NCBI GenBank assembly: GCA_977017575.1
Contig: CDRNVI010000012.1
Span: 372,001-436,000 of the forward strand
Reading direction: 5' to 3'
From: Paramoeba atlantica
Lineage: Eukaryota; Protista; Discosea
Length of the DNA stretch: 64,000 bases
Notes under the pieces: generated by a model
What the model saw: only the letters and a program-made list of their open reading frames with translations
Database searches by the model: none
What the model was told of the DNA's origin: nothing
Program-made: the position numbers and the translations under genes
Shown: positions 32,290-42,298 of the stretch, piece by piece
Layout: each line of letters begins with the position of its first letter
Numbering within the stretch: position 1 is the first letter of the stretch

Positions 32290-33768
32290 CTATGACACGT
32301 GAAAAGATGTTTCAATTTCTTCGAGAGTTCTTCCCTTGGTCTCTGGAACAAAAAACCAGACGAATGCTATGGCAAGAAGAACGAAAACGTTTATTACCAC
32401 GAATGTCCAGGACAGCCCACACACACCCAGGAGAACAGGAAAAAGTTGAGAAACAATTGTGTTAGTTATCCAATTTGCCGTGGTGCTTAAGGCCATCCCC
32501 CCGCCCCTGTATTGCTGCGGAAAAATTTCAGATGTCACCACCCATGGAACAGGCCCCATACCAGGTGCAAAGCTCATTAGGTAAAATAAAAGACAGCCGA
32601 GATACACATATGCACGAACCCGAATTGCGAGTGTGGCGATTGGAACCCAAGATATGGCTACCATGACTGCAATACTTACAAAACATCCAGTAAGAGATAT
32701 GAGACAGGTGAATACACGCCCATAATGGTCAATCGTATGCACCCCAACGTAAGTAAAAAGAGCATTGGTAAAGGCAAGTGGTATGCTTAGTGCCACTGGG
32801 GCCACCTCTCCCGAGAAACCGGCATCCCGAAGAATGGTTGCGGAATAGTACATCAGAGTGTTTATTCCGCTCAATTGTTGTAAGGCCTGAATTCCACATC
32901 CGATTAACACACGTTTGCGCAGCTCCTTATGAAAAACTAGTTTGCGTAGAAAGGACGTTGAGCTGTTGGGTTGTATTCCGGATTCATGCGACACTGCGTT
33001 GGTATCTACATGGGACGACAATGTATTCCCTTCCTGAGAGACTACGATCGACTGATTGTTCGTTAGTACATCGGGTAGCATCTCACTTTGTCTTTTCCTG
33101 TGATCCAACCAACGATCTGACTCGGGCAGAAACCATGGAGAGAGGATCAGCTGTGTAACTGCCGGAACCGCACCTACTGAGAACATGAGCCGCCAACCCA
33201 TATTCACACTGCCCCATTTCACAAAGAGTAACGCAACTACGCAAGCAATAAATTGACCCCCGGTGAGCATCATCACATTTAACGTGACAAGTCGTCCCCG
33301 GCGACCCGGTGGGGATATCTCAGAAAGGTAGACAGGGGTGACCACCGAGACCAGACCCACCCCGAGGCCTAAAACGAAGCGACCGCAGTATACCACAGGG
33401 AGAGCCCAGGCCACGGCGGAGAGAGGGCTACCCAGGAGAAACAGTCCCACAGCAAGCAAGATGGAACGCCGTCGACCATACCTGTCACTACAGTGCCCCG
33501 CAAATACAGACCCGACCAGCGCACCCAGGACACCGATACTCACGATGAACCCTGTGGTCCAGGAATCGAGGGGGAAACTAAAATGCTGGCTGAGCTGTAG
33601 CATGGCCCCGTTGACAATAGCCGTGTGATACCCAAACAGAAGGCCACCCAAGGATGCGCAAAACACGTTTAAGTTACTGTACGCCATGTGACAAGAATTT
33701 GTATTGAATGACAGATCTAGAAAAGGAGAACAGGTAAATGGTTTTAATAATTCCCAAAAGATAATCAT
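32290..33768 (-). CDS. MFS sugar porter (myo-inositol/H+ symporter-like)
   Basis: GGLLFGYH, DRYGRRRS, PVYLSEISP..RG, PES, QQLSGIN, PGMGPVPWVVTSEIFP, VPETKGRTLEEI; real start may be ATG 33687. Confidence 0.92.
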   Translation of the reverse strand: MIIFWELLKPFTCSPFLDLSFNTNSCHMAYSNLNVFCASLGGLLFGYHTAIVNGAMLQLSQHFSFPLDSWTTGFIVSIGVLGALVGSVFAGHCSDRYGRRRSILLAVGLFLLGSPLSAVAWALPVVYCGRFVLGLGVGLVSVVTPVYLSEISPPGRRGRLVTLNVMMLTGGQFIACVVALLFVKWGSVNMGWRLMFSVGAVPAVTQLILSPWFLPESDRWLDHRKRQSEMLPDVLTNNQSIVVSQEGNTLSSHVDTNAVSHESGIQPNSSTSFLRKLVFHKELRKRVLIGCGIQALQQLSGINTLMYYSATILRDAGFSGEVAPVALSIPLAFTNALFTYVGVHTIDHYGRVFTCLISLTGCFVSIAVMVAISWVPIATLAIRVRAYVYLGCLLFYLMSFAPGMGPVPWVVTSEIFPQQYRGGGMALSTTANWITNTIVSQLFPVLLGVCGLSWTFVVINVFVLLAIAFVWFFVPETKGRTLEEIETSFHVS

Positions 33769-33840
33769 ACGAAGCCTAAAACTATAAGCGGACGGCGTCG
33801 TAAAATTTTTATTTTACTTATATTTTTTTCATTCCAACTG

Positions 33841-35076
33841 CTACTCATTCTTTGATCGCGCACGCTTCCTTTGCGAAGGGATCGAAACCAGATTCTTTCG
33901 ACGAAACAGACACATGACGCAATTCTTCCGAAACACATCATTTGCCATGTTGTTATTTTGTAGAATAAATGTGGAGGCAAAAGAATTCAGTTGGGGTCCG
34001 TCGACAACCTCCCATCCCCATTGCTCGCGTAACAGCTTTATTTCCGCGGACATCTCTTCCAAAGTCCCGCAGGTGGTGAGCAGATAAGACAGCCTCGGAT
34101 TCTGTTCCAGTGCCGTTAAGGAATCAGTCCAGTCATAAAGTCCCGTGGTGAGACCCATGGAAGGGGCAAATGCGAATGTTGGAAATTTCCAGGTTTCCTC
34201 CACTTCACTAAGAGTTGTGTGGTATAGACCTCGATAATAGTGAAGAGAACCATATACGTGTTGACGGTCAAGTGATTTCGGGACATGCGGTCCTACAAAG
34301 ACTAAGTGGGTTGGGGATACAAAATCAGAGTAGGGTAGGAGGCTGTACCACAGAGAAGGAAATTCACACTCCCCTCGAGCAGCTCCAATAATGTGCACGC
34401 AAGCACCTTTTTTTGATTGTAGTGTACTCCAGTACTTCCACAGCGTGAGCGGGTACGTAAGGTAATCGGTTAGTTGTCGTCCCATCGGAGTTCCATGCAC
34501 GAAATGAAGGCATTGCCAAATCGAACACTGTACGGGATCCACCACGTGGTCATGTATCACCTCTTCCAATGCCACGTCCTCTAATTCTTCAATGGGTCGT
34601 ACAGGAAGCGTGCAGCGACCCATCTTTCGAATAAAATCCAGAATCTCAGAACGAGCCACGGGGTTCTCCATGTCTTGATGCACCACCTGCAAGGCCTCGC
34701 ACACGACATTGTGGAAGCCTCTGTCCGCACACTGACAAGAAGAGGAACAGTACACAATGGAATGACAACGTTTGCAGCGAAACCGTTCCTGGGGTTGACC
34801 CGCGCATACAGCACAACAGGAAATCCCTAAAGCGATCGAATCCGGCGGCGCAGTATCAATTCGTGTCATGGCTTTCGAGTGAACCATTGCCCCACAGGCT
34901 TGTAGCTTGGGAAACTCGGAAACCAGAACGTTATCTTCTAAGGCAATGTCGGAGGCAGGGAGAGGAGTCGGCAACGAGGCTCGAGAAGAGTTATGGAGCG
35001 GATCCGATTTGGGGTGATAGGATTCTGTGCTCGGGCGTGTTTGCAGTGAAGGTCGGCGGAAAATGATTTGCGGCAT
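33841..35076 (-). CDS. MYND zinc-finger protein with MSS51-like C-terminal domain
   Basis: CAVC..CKRCHSIVYCSSSCQ..H..VC; LTYPLT, HIIGA; first ATG 35076. Confidence 0.75.
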   Translation of the reverse strand: MPQIIFRRPSLQTRPSTESYHPKSDPLHNSSRASLPTPLPASDIALEDNVLVSEFPKLQACGAMVHSKAMTRIDTAPPDSIALGISCCAVCAGQPQERFRCKRCHSIVYCSSSCQCADRGFHNVVCEALQVVHQDMENPVARSEILDFIRKMGRCTLPVRPIEELEDVALEEVIHDHVVDPVQCSIWQCLHFVHGTPMGRQLTDYLTYPLTLWKYWSTLQSKKGACVHIIGAARGECEFPSLWYSLLPYSDFVSPTHLVFVGPHVPKSLDRQHVYGSLHYYRGLYHTTLSEVEETWKFPTFAFAPSMGLTTGLYDWTDSLTALEQNPRLSYLLTTCGTLEEMSAEIKLLREQWGWEVVDGPQLNSFASTFILQNNNMANDVFRKNCVMCLFRRKNLVSIPSQRKRARSKNE

Positions 35077-35308
35077 TGGAGGATACGTAACTTCTTTTAC
35101 ATGAAAGTATAAATTTTGAAGAAAGCTAATGTTTTGATAAAAGGTTGCAAACAAGTTATTTATGAAAACTTACACTTAAGAGTTGTACTGATATATGCCT
35201 AAAATTGGTCACCAAACGTGAAATCGTCAAATAGTATTACCGGCCATCCACAGTTGGTTCTTGTTAGTGAAAAACAAGGTCAAAGTTGACGGCATAGAAT
35301 GCGATCTC

Positions 35309-36085
35309 CTAATCAACTGTCATATCCCCCTTGGGCGAACCTTCCTCAATAACCTGGTCTTTCTTTTCAGTTTCCCTCAACTCCTTTAAAATTTCCTCCA
35401 CAAGCTCCTTTGGAACGTCGCAAAAGGTCTGTTTCGACTCCTCACAAACCCACCCCAACTCAAACGCATACAGCTTGTCCTTCTCATCATGCACGTTGTG
35501 CAGAATCCGTACCAATGCCTTCAACGCCTCACGGCATTTGAGGGTTCCAAATGACAGCTTTTCCAGCTCCGCCTTTGCTGCGGTCTTCCCCTTCCCCACC
35601 GCACATGCGTGGTACCCGTACGTCCCCCCGCTGGGGTCAATTAAAAACAGCTGCGGGCCGTCATCCCCATACGACCCCAGCAGCGTCGCACACCCCAGCG
35701 GGCGGTAGGCGCCAAACACGGTGTACATTTGCATAAACGCCCCAAGTTTCTCACGCAGCACAGTTCCTGAAATCGGGCACGCGTTGACCTCACGGTAGGC
35801 TCGGGCCTCCTCGCGGCCTCGGGTCATCAGGTGGCGCCCATCGGGCTGGTACCCCGCCACGCAAACCCCACACTGCTTGTCGAGGGGATAGACCCGACGT
35901 AGGGCGGAGGGGTCCGCGAGTTTCGTCGGGAGCGCCTTCTCTACCCCCAGGAGTACCCCGTCGAGGCATTGGATGCCGATGGCCGTCCCGGAGAGGTCAA
36001 CCGCTTTCGCGGCGTACTCCACTTGGAAGACCCGACCCTCGGGGGAGTAGGTGTCGACGCTGAGGTCGTACCCGGAACCGGACAT
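35309..36085 (-). CDS. PSMA3: 20S proteasome subunit alpha7 (PSMA3/Pre10)
   Basis: GYDLSVDTYSPEGRVFQVEYA, AVGKGKTAAKAELEKL, HDEKDK..ELGW. Confidence 0.93.
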   Translation of the reverse strand: MSGSGYDLSVDTYSPEGRVFQVEYAAKAVDLSGTAIGIQCLDGVLLGVEKALPTKLADPSALRRVYPLDKQCGVCVAGYQPDGRHLMTRGREEARAYREVNACPISGTVLREKLGAFMQMYTVFGAYRPLGCATLLGSYGDDGPQLFLIDPSGGTYGYHACAVGKGKTAAKAELEKLSFGTLKCREALKALVRILHNVHDEKDKLYAFELGWVCEESKQTFCDVPKELVEEILKELRETEKKDQVIEEGSPKGDMTVD

Positions 36086-36268
36086 GGAGGAAGGAGATGG
36101 GGAGAGAGGGAGAAGAGATACGGAAAAAGGGTGGCTAAGGAAAAGGTTCGTTCGTGGGGTAAGGATTAAATCCTGCCTTTATACATTGTCTTAGTAAAAA
36201 TACGCATTTCTCCCTAATTTCCGCCGATTTCGTACATCCGAACGCCTCCACTTACACAATTATACACA

Positions 36269-36841
36269 TCACCTCCCCGCATTCGAGCCCTGCCCCTTCT
36301 TCGTCTCCGCCTCCTTCGTTTTCTCCCCCTTTTCCTCCGACAAACCCGCCGGGCTGGGCCCCGGATGGCGATGCTCCACGGTCACAATACTCGAAAAAAC
36401 CACCGCATTCGGGACATACACCCGCTCCCCTTTATCGTTTAACAGCGTCAGGTGGCGTATGTCCCACCCACACACCACCCCCTCCACGGCCGCGGCCCCG
36501 GTGCCGAGTTTTAGCCTCTGGCCGTGACCGAACGCCCGGTTGCGGTTGAACGCGAGCATGAGACCGGCCATGAAGTTGGCCCCAATGTCTTTGGCCGCGA
36601 ACCCCAGGGAGGCGCCCCCGATCCCGAGCCCCGTGAGCAGCGGGCTGGTGTCCACCCCCGCGGTGCCGAGCACCACGAAGACCAGCATGCTCCACGTCGC
36701 GGTCGCGGAGGCCCGGGAGACGAGATCGCGCACGGAGACGTCGGGGACGAGTCCGGTGCGACGGAGGAGGAGGTTGTAGAAGGCGGTGAACCCGGGGAGG
36801 CGGGGGAGGGAGGAGGGGAGGAAACCGCGACCGGGGATCAT
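36269..36841 (-). CDS. Small mechanosensitive channel (MscS-like)
   Basis: GVDTSPLLTGLGIGGASLGFAAKDIGANFMAGL, VEGVV..DIRHLTL, VYVPN. Confidence 0.85.
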   Translation of the reverse strand: MIPGRGFLPSSLPRLPGFTAFYNLLLRRTGLVPDVSVRDLVSRASATATWSMLVFVVLGTAGVDTSPLLTGLGIGGASLGFAAKDIGANFMAGLMLAFNRNRAFGHGQRLKLGTGAAAVEGVVCGWDIRHLTLLNDKGERVYVPNAVVFSSIVTVEHRHPGPSPAGLSEEKGEKTKEAETKKGQGSNAGR

Positions 36842-36900
36842 GTCATGAAGGGGGGGAGAGGAAAAAAGAAGAAGGGAGGGATAAGGGGATGGGGGAGAAC
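36842..36900 (-). promoter_or_regulatory. Polypyrimidine tract upstream of the MscS ATG (candidate trans-splicing signal); similar tracts at 36086-36120 and 45229-45275
   Basis: Minus strand is almost pure C/T; function inferred from kinetoplastid gene organisation. Confidence 0.5.
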
Positions 36901-36921
36901 GTGTACATAACGTATAATGTA

Positions 36922-37300
36922 CAGGGGGGATTAGCTAATGCTCGGGGGCCTAAAATTTGTAAAACTTGGCCAATTTTGGAAAATAATAGCACATTCGAGA
37001 GCTAAACATCGACAGCAAGCTTTTAGGAAATTCTGATGATTTTTTCTCCGAAATGTAAAGACTTTACATTAAAATCAAACCTGGTACTCACAGTGCCCCC
37101 CGTTCCTCTCTATCACGATATTTCTGTGCCCTATGGTGAGAGAAGGTACTCTTCTTTGAGGCATGAATTATGAAAACAGAAGAAACCCCAAAAATACCCC
37201 AAAAATTGCAAAAAAGCGAGCTCTCGAATGCGCGATTATTTTCCAAAATTGGCCAAGTTTTACAAATTTTAGACCCCCCAGCACTAGCTGATCGCCCCTG
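36922..37300. mobile_element. TA-flanked MITE with TIRs of about 80 bp starting CAGGGG
   Basis: TA|CAGGGGGGATTAGCTAATGC..AAAATTTGTAAAACTTGGCCAATTTTGGAAAATAAT versus the inverse ending GCCCCTG|TA. Confidence 0.85.
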
Positions 37301-37491
37301 TATGAGGTGTTGGTGATAAAAAAAGACAAGAAGAAAAAGACAACTTGAATGGCGTGTGACGATAAGCGGGTGGTAAGAAAATGTGCTGACCCGTGTGGTT
37401 CTATGCAAACGGTGTAAAGAGTAAAGGCCGGGGAAAAGGAAGTCGTAGTGTTCAGTGACAGTTTTCAGGACATGAAAACATGCAGAATGTC

Positions 37492-38316
37492 CTACTCAGT
37501 TTGGATATCACCTGGGGCGATCTGAGGTTGGAAGGTGGGATCAATATAGTATGAATCTGGGGGAGGTTCTCGTACGACTCGGATCTCGCCTTTTTGTGGC
37601 AAAGCAGTAGCCCATGTAGATTCAGCTTCGACGATTTTGGATGACTCGTTGATTTTTATGTGAGAAATATCCGTTCGAAGAAGCGGTATACTCCAGACTC
37701 TATTTTTCTTTTGAAAAGTATCATGTGTATGTCCAACAGATCTAGCTAAGTGAGTATTGTTGTCCTTTTTAGCTTCATGCAAATTCACCAAAGGAGGAAA
37801 CGTTTTGTCCGGCCATTTTACGTGGCGAGTCGAGGCGAATGTGCTGGGACGCTTGAGACATGACTTGCGATCTGGAAAATTTTCATCTTTAGACGATTGC
37901 CCTGCCAATTTACCTCTATAATCCGAACTCATGTTCAGTTCCAAGCGGGGAGACGACCATTTTCTGCGTAATTCGTCGTAAATATCTTGCGTTTCCGTGT
38001 CACACAGACTCTTGAACGCATCATGTGTCTCAATTAATACGTGTCGAGCTTTCTGGCCTTCTGAACTGTGCCAAAAGGATGGATGAATCATCGACGATGT
38101 ACGTAAAATCATCATCAGAATATCAATCTGTTCGCCGGACAAAAATCTGTGGCTTGGGTTATAGGGCAATGACTCCAATCGTTGAAGTAAGGTAAACAGA
38201 AACGAGGTTTGTGTAGCAGATGAAGACGATGCAATTGATTCGTACTTTTCTTCAGTTTCACAATGTTGAATTGACACGGGGAATGTATCGCGAAATACCT
38301 TAGCGTCTTCATCCAT
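37492..38316 (-). CDS. Hypothetical protein
   Basis: 274-aa ATG ORF on the coding strand; no motif recognised. Confidence 0.65.
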   Translation of the reverse strand: MDEDAKVFRDTFPVSIQHCETEEKYESIASSSSATQTSFLFTLLQRLESLPYNPSHRFLSGEQIDILMMILRTSSMIHPSFWHSSEGQKARHVLIETHDAFKSLCDTETQDIYDELRRKWSSPRLELNMSSDYRGKLAGQSSKDENFPDRKSCLKRPSTFASTRHVKWPDKTFPPLVNLHEAKKDNNTHLARSVGHTHDTFQKKNRVWSIPLLRTDISHIKINESSKIVEAESTWATALPQKGEIRVVREPPPDSYYIDPTFQPQIAPGDIQTE

Positions 38317-38568
38317 TCTATTACTGAAATAATGGATAGCGTAACATCATGCCTGTAACTCCCTCAAACGTCGCTTTTTCGAATACGCAGTATGAACACC
38401 TAGGTAGAAACTAGCATATTTAGTAAAACATGTAGTAGAATTCACAAAAAAAGAAGGGAACGTGTATTCAAGATTACTTCAATGGATTTAGAATATTTTC
38501 CTGGAAAAGAAGAACATATAAAAGCAACACTTGAAGAGAGGTATTCGGCATAGTTTCATACCAAATAT

Positions 38569-39687
38569 TTATCTCGGAACAAAGTAATAAGTCCCTCGCT
38601 GAATGCACATATTTTGATAAAATTCGGCTTTGAATGTCAGGCAAGGTGTCTGCGGGGGCAAGAAAGGTTGGCCAATTTCAGAATCCCACGGAGGCACAGG
38701 ATAGTGTTGATCATATACGTGGAGATGTGAAAATAATACTTTGAAAGTATCCTTCTCTTGAAATCGAGCTAGCGAAACACTGCTTCTTGATAATAGATTA
38801 CCAAATTGGGTGGCATGAGCTGGCGCCTTGTACTCGGAGTGTGGAGACCGGCTCCGATAGTGCAAACATGACTCTACATCTGAGGCGACAAAGCAGAGAG
38901 GTGTCGGGAACGGTGTATTCACTATGTTAATAGCATTTTCATATTCATTACATTTCGGGGCTTGTTGCACCAAATGATAAACTTGTGGAAGAGACTCTGC
39001 GATATGTGTCGCTAGTTCTTGGATAAATTCGGTGAATACAGTCTGTGTCAGACTGTATTCTGCCTCATGATCAAGTTGTGCATAGCAAAATAGTTTACCG
39101 CTTTTCGCATCAATCTCGATAGGTGAGCACATCAACAACCCGAAACGGTTGTCCAGCCTTTTCTGAGCAGCTTCTATTCTGTCGTCTACTTCTCGGTGTG
39201 GCAAAATGTATTTCTCCCAATCGGAGTTTCTGGGTCGGTCCGTTCCTGCACGTGGACCACTGATCAGAGACGTGCACAATGCTGTGTAGTTTCCATCCCA
39301 GAGTGTCACGGAGACATCAGGGGCTTGTCGGTGTGAGGCTCCCACGAATTCCACATTTGCGATCGTAGGACGAATGCCTTGAATGAGAGGTTCGGTGTAA
39401 ACAGTTGTGCGCGTTAAATTGTAAGGCACATTTCGAAATTGGTGTCTTCCTCCATGGGGAGAATATTGTGGATCGAGCAGTGCATCCTCAGCGGCAGCTA
39501 TCACGAGCTCTCGGTAGGATTCCCAAACGTACGCGTGGTTCAAGCCTTGTAACATAAAAGGAAATGCTTCGTAATTGGGGTGGAGGTGAAAGTTTCTACC
39601 TGGCCCATGCAGGGTAAGGTATTTCTGCGCGTGGGCAATGGCTTGGGCAGCAGTGCTTCGGTTGAGACTGGTGAGCTGCGCCAACAT
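38569..39687 (-). CDS. Hypothetical protein, possibly mitochondrial
   Basis: Long ORF, first ATG 39687; no motif recognised. Confidence 0.7.
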   Translation of the reverse strand: MLAQLTSLNRSTAAQAIAHAQKYLTLHGPGRNFHLHPNYEAFPFMLQGLNHAYVWESYRELVIAAAEDALLDPQYSPHGGRHQFRNVPYNLTRTTVYTEPLIQGIRPTIANVEFVGASHRQAPDVSVTLWDGNYTALCTSLISGPRAGTDRPRNSDWEKYILPHREVDDRIEAAQKRLDNRFGLLMCSPIEIDAKSGKLFCYAQLDHEAEYSLTQTVFTEFIQELATHIAESLPQVYHLVQQAPKCNEYENAINIVNTPFPTPLCFVASDVESCLHYRSRSPHSEYKAPAHATQFGNLLSRSSVSLARFQEKDTFKVLFSHLHVYDQHYPVPPWDSEIGQPFLPPQTPCLTFKAEFYQNMCIQRGTYYFVPR

Positions 39688-40029
39688 GAAAAGTGCATTC
39701 AAGATAGTAAAACAGGATTAATCTCGTTTGAGTTATGAAAATACAAGCTTTACAAAATCTTGTACACCTCTCATAGCTTCCTCAAACGTCCACACCATGA
39801 GTGGTATTTCAGTGCTAAAAACATTATCGGGCAAACATTCACTGATTTTTAAAGGTAAAACAATGGCAATGGTAAACAATGGCAAGCGCAAGCTTAAATA
39901 GTTCCAACAATGTGTGAGACACAACCAAAAGAAGAAGGCATCCAGCATGTATCAGTATTTCAGTAATCTACATTTTCATTCAAAGTGGTTAGGCATGACA
40001 GTGAACTACACGGAGGTTGAGGAATCACT

Positions 40030-41178
40030 TTAGTCCTTGGCATCAGAAATACCTTGTTCGCTTATGCAAAATGCGCACTCAAGCTCCGGCAAAGAAGGAC
40101 TGTCATAAATTTTACAAATCCGTTGCTCACCTCGCCCTTTTCGGAGACTTAACCGTGTAGTTGAAGCATGAGCGACCACATGTCCACCCACGGGCTTCTT
40201 AGGATCTGCCACGAACATGGAACCTCCCCCGGGGTCGCTAACCACTTGGTTCGTAATATAAACCGCGACGTTAAATTCCTCTGCCATCTTAATAAGGCTG
40301 CTTAACATCTTTCCCAGTTTCTGTTGACGTTCCGCTAACTCTCCACGTCCACTAAAATCAACCCGAAACAGCGCCGTAATACTATCCACCACCAACAAGG
40401 CAAACTGCTCCTCACACAGCTTCGCCGCGACCAAAGAGAGAAGCTGATATTGGTGCTCATGGGTAAACGCTCGCGCCACAATAATATTATCCATTGTAGC
40501 ATCCGGATCCAACCCGTACCGTTGCGCAATCGGACGAATCCGTTCCGGACGAAATGTGGACTCGGTGTCGATATAGGCCACTTTTCCATTCCCCCCTCCC
40601 ATCGCTTTCGGCAGCTGGCAGGTCACACACAACGTGTGCGCGATCTGCGTCTTCCCGGTACGAAACTCTCCAAAGGCTTCGGTAATACTCATGGATTCGA
40701 CCCCACCCCCGAGGAGCGTGTCTAACGCTTGAGAGCCTGTGGTAATTCGCGTAATCCGTCGTCGTTTTTGCAGACTCTCGGTTGCGGTAATAAACCCCGT
40801 ATGGGCAAGTTTCCGGGCAGTGTCAATAATTTTATCCACCTTGGCCTCCGAGAGACCTTTGATGGCTACCAGATCCTTACGACACTGCATCAGGACCCCC
40901 TCGACGGTGTGGACATGCGCGGTACGGAGTTTGTTGACATCCACGGCGGGAATGCCCATCTCGGTGAGTTTGTCGAGCTCTTGGAAAGTGGGGCTGTGCT
41001 CATGTATGGTAGAGAACGCAGCTCCGGTTGCGTCAGTGTGATCGGCGGTCGCGCTCGTTTCGGTTTCACAGGATGCCGCTGCCCCGGACGGGGCTTGCGA
41101 GGTCCTTGATTTGGCTTTTACTTGAGAAGAAAGGGCCAGGCTAACGGAAGCGGTACCGGGTTGGAGCTGGAGGCTCAT
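40030..41178 (-). CDS. DMC1: Meiotic recombinase DMC1
   Basis: [60 protein letters not shown]-terminal DAKD: DMC1-type rather than RAD51-type residues. Confidence 0.92.
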   Translation of the reverse strand: MSLQLQPGTASVSLALSSQVKAKSRTSQAPSGAAASCETETSATADHTDATGAAFSTIHEHSPTFQELDKLTEMGIPAVDVNKLRTAHVHTVEGVLMQCRKDLVAIKGLSEAKVDKIIDTARKLAHTGFITATESLQKRRRITRITTGSQALDTLLGGGVESMSITEAFGEFRTGKTQIAHTLCVTCQLPKAMGGGNGKVAYIDTESTFRPERIRPIAQRYGLDPDATMDNIIVARAFTHEHQYQLLSLVAAKLCEEQFALLVVDSITALFRVDFSGRGELAERQQKLGKMLSSLIKMAEEFNVAVYITNQVVSDPGGGSMFVADPKKPVGGHVVAHASTTRLSLRKGRGEQRICKIYDSPSLPELECAFCISEQGISDAKD

Positions 41179-41620
41179 AAATGGAGAAAACAGAAGAGGT
41201 TTGTGTTATTTTATAGTAGAAATAAGAATCGTCAACTAATACCATGCTCCAGTGTCAAGAATACCAACGAAGGATTGTAAAATTTTGTGTTCTATTACAG
41301 CTGTATGTTTTTTTTCGTTACACGTAAAGTTCTGTGAAGCACGAAGAATAAATCAGGTTGTCTAATTTGAAAGAACTGGCAACTTACGTCTATTTTGAAT
41401 AAAATGGGTGGGGCAGCTCATCGGAAGCCAGTACCCAGAAAAAGTGCAGACTATGAATATTGCGAATATCAACCCCCAAGAAACCCTGTAGCAGCATTTC
41501 CGGAGTCAAGCCTCTTACATATCTCATTACTTCGCAATGCAACTGTTCAGCATGAACACTATTCATAGTGCTTCACAAGCATTGCGTCTCCAGAACAATA
41601 GAACAGGCGAATCGAGTAAC

Positions 41621-41911
41621 TCAACGACGCACCGAGAATTCTGCGGAGCGCTCCCTGGCCCGTGTCTTGGCGTCATGTAGTGGTTGATAGGCTATGTCAA
41701 TGGCGCGTCCGGTTTTCGGGTCTATTACAACCTCATATCCCACTGCGGATGTGGGGCCTGTGGTAGGCGTTTCCTTGAGAAACATAACGTAGCCGCTGTA
41801 CGCCAACAGACTAACACCCGTAACACGAACAACAGCCTGGGCAGCATGAAATTTCCAGCCATAACTCCAGCTTACTGGTAAGAATTGACGCAATATACTG
41901 GGGCCAAACAT
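41621..41911 (-). CDS. Small single-TM hypothetical protein
   Basis: 96 aa with one hydrophobic segment. Confidence 0.55.
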   Translation of the reverse strand: MFGPSILRQFLPVSWSYGWKFHAAQAVVRVTGVSLLAYSGYVMFLKETPTTGPTSAVGYEVVIDPKTGRAIDIAYQPLHDAKTRARERSAEFSVRR

Positions 41912-42298
41912 GTTCCTTCCAAAACGAAGCTAAAATTTCTCAACTAAGGTGAAGCGGGTGATAGTGCTACACAATTGAATACTGATCAAACTTAATGATT
42001 TTACATGCGAACAATGTTTATTCGCGAATTTTATCGGTTCACGTTGGTATGGATTGGTACCTTAGGATAGTTATAGTGGATAAAAATAATGCACCGACAT
42101 TGAGACGACGCAAGTTGAAACGACGCAAGTTGATTTCCCTTTGAGAAACATGATTGATATTAATAGAGGAGCAGCACATTTGTACATCAGTCGTTATGGT
42201 ATAATATACAGAGTTTCTGGAAAAAAGTCAGCTCAATGTTAGCACCCCGTTACTGGTTATTCGTGAATTCACACATTCCCATGAATTATCCCCCAAGG

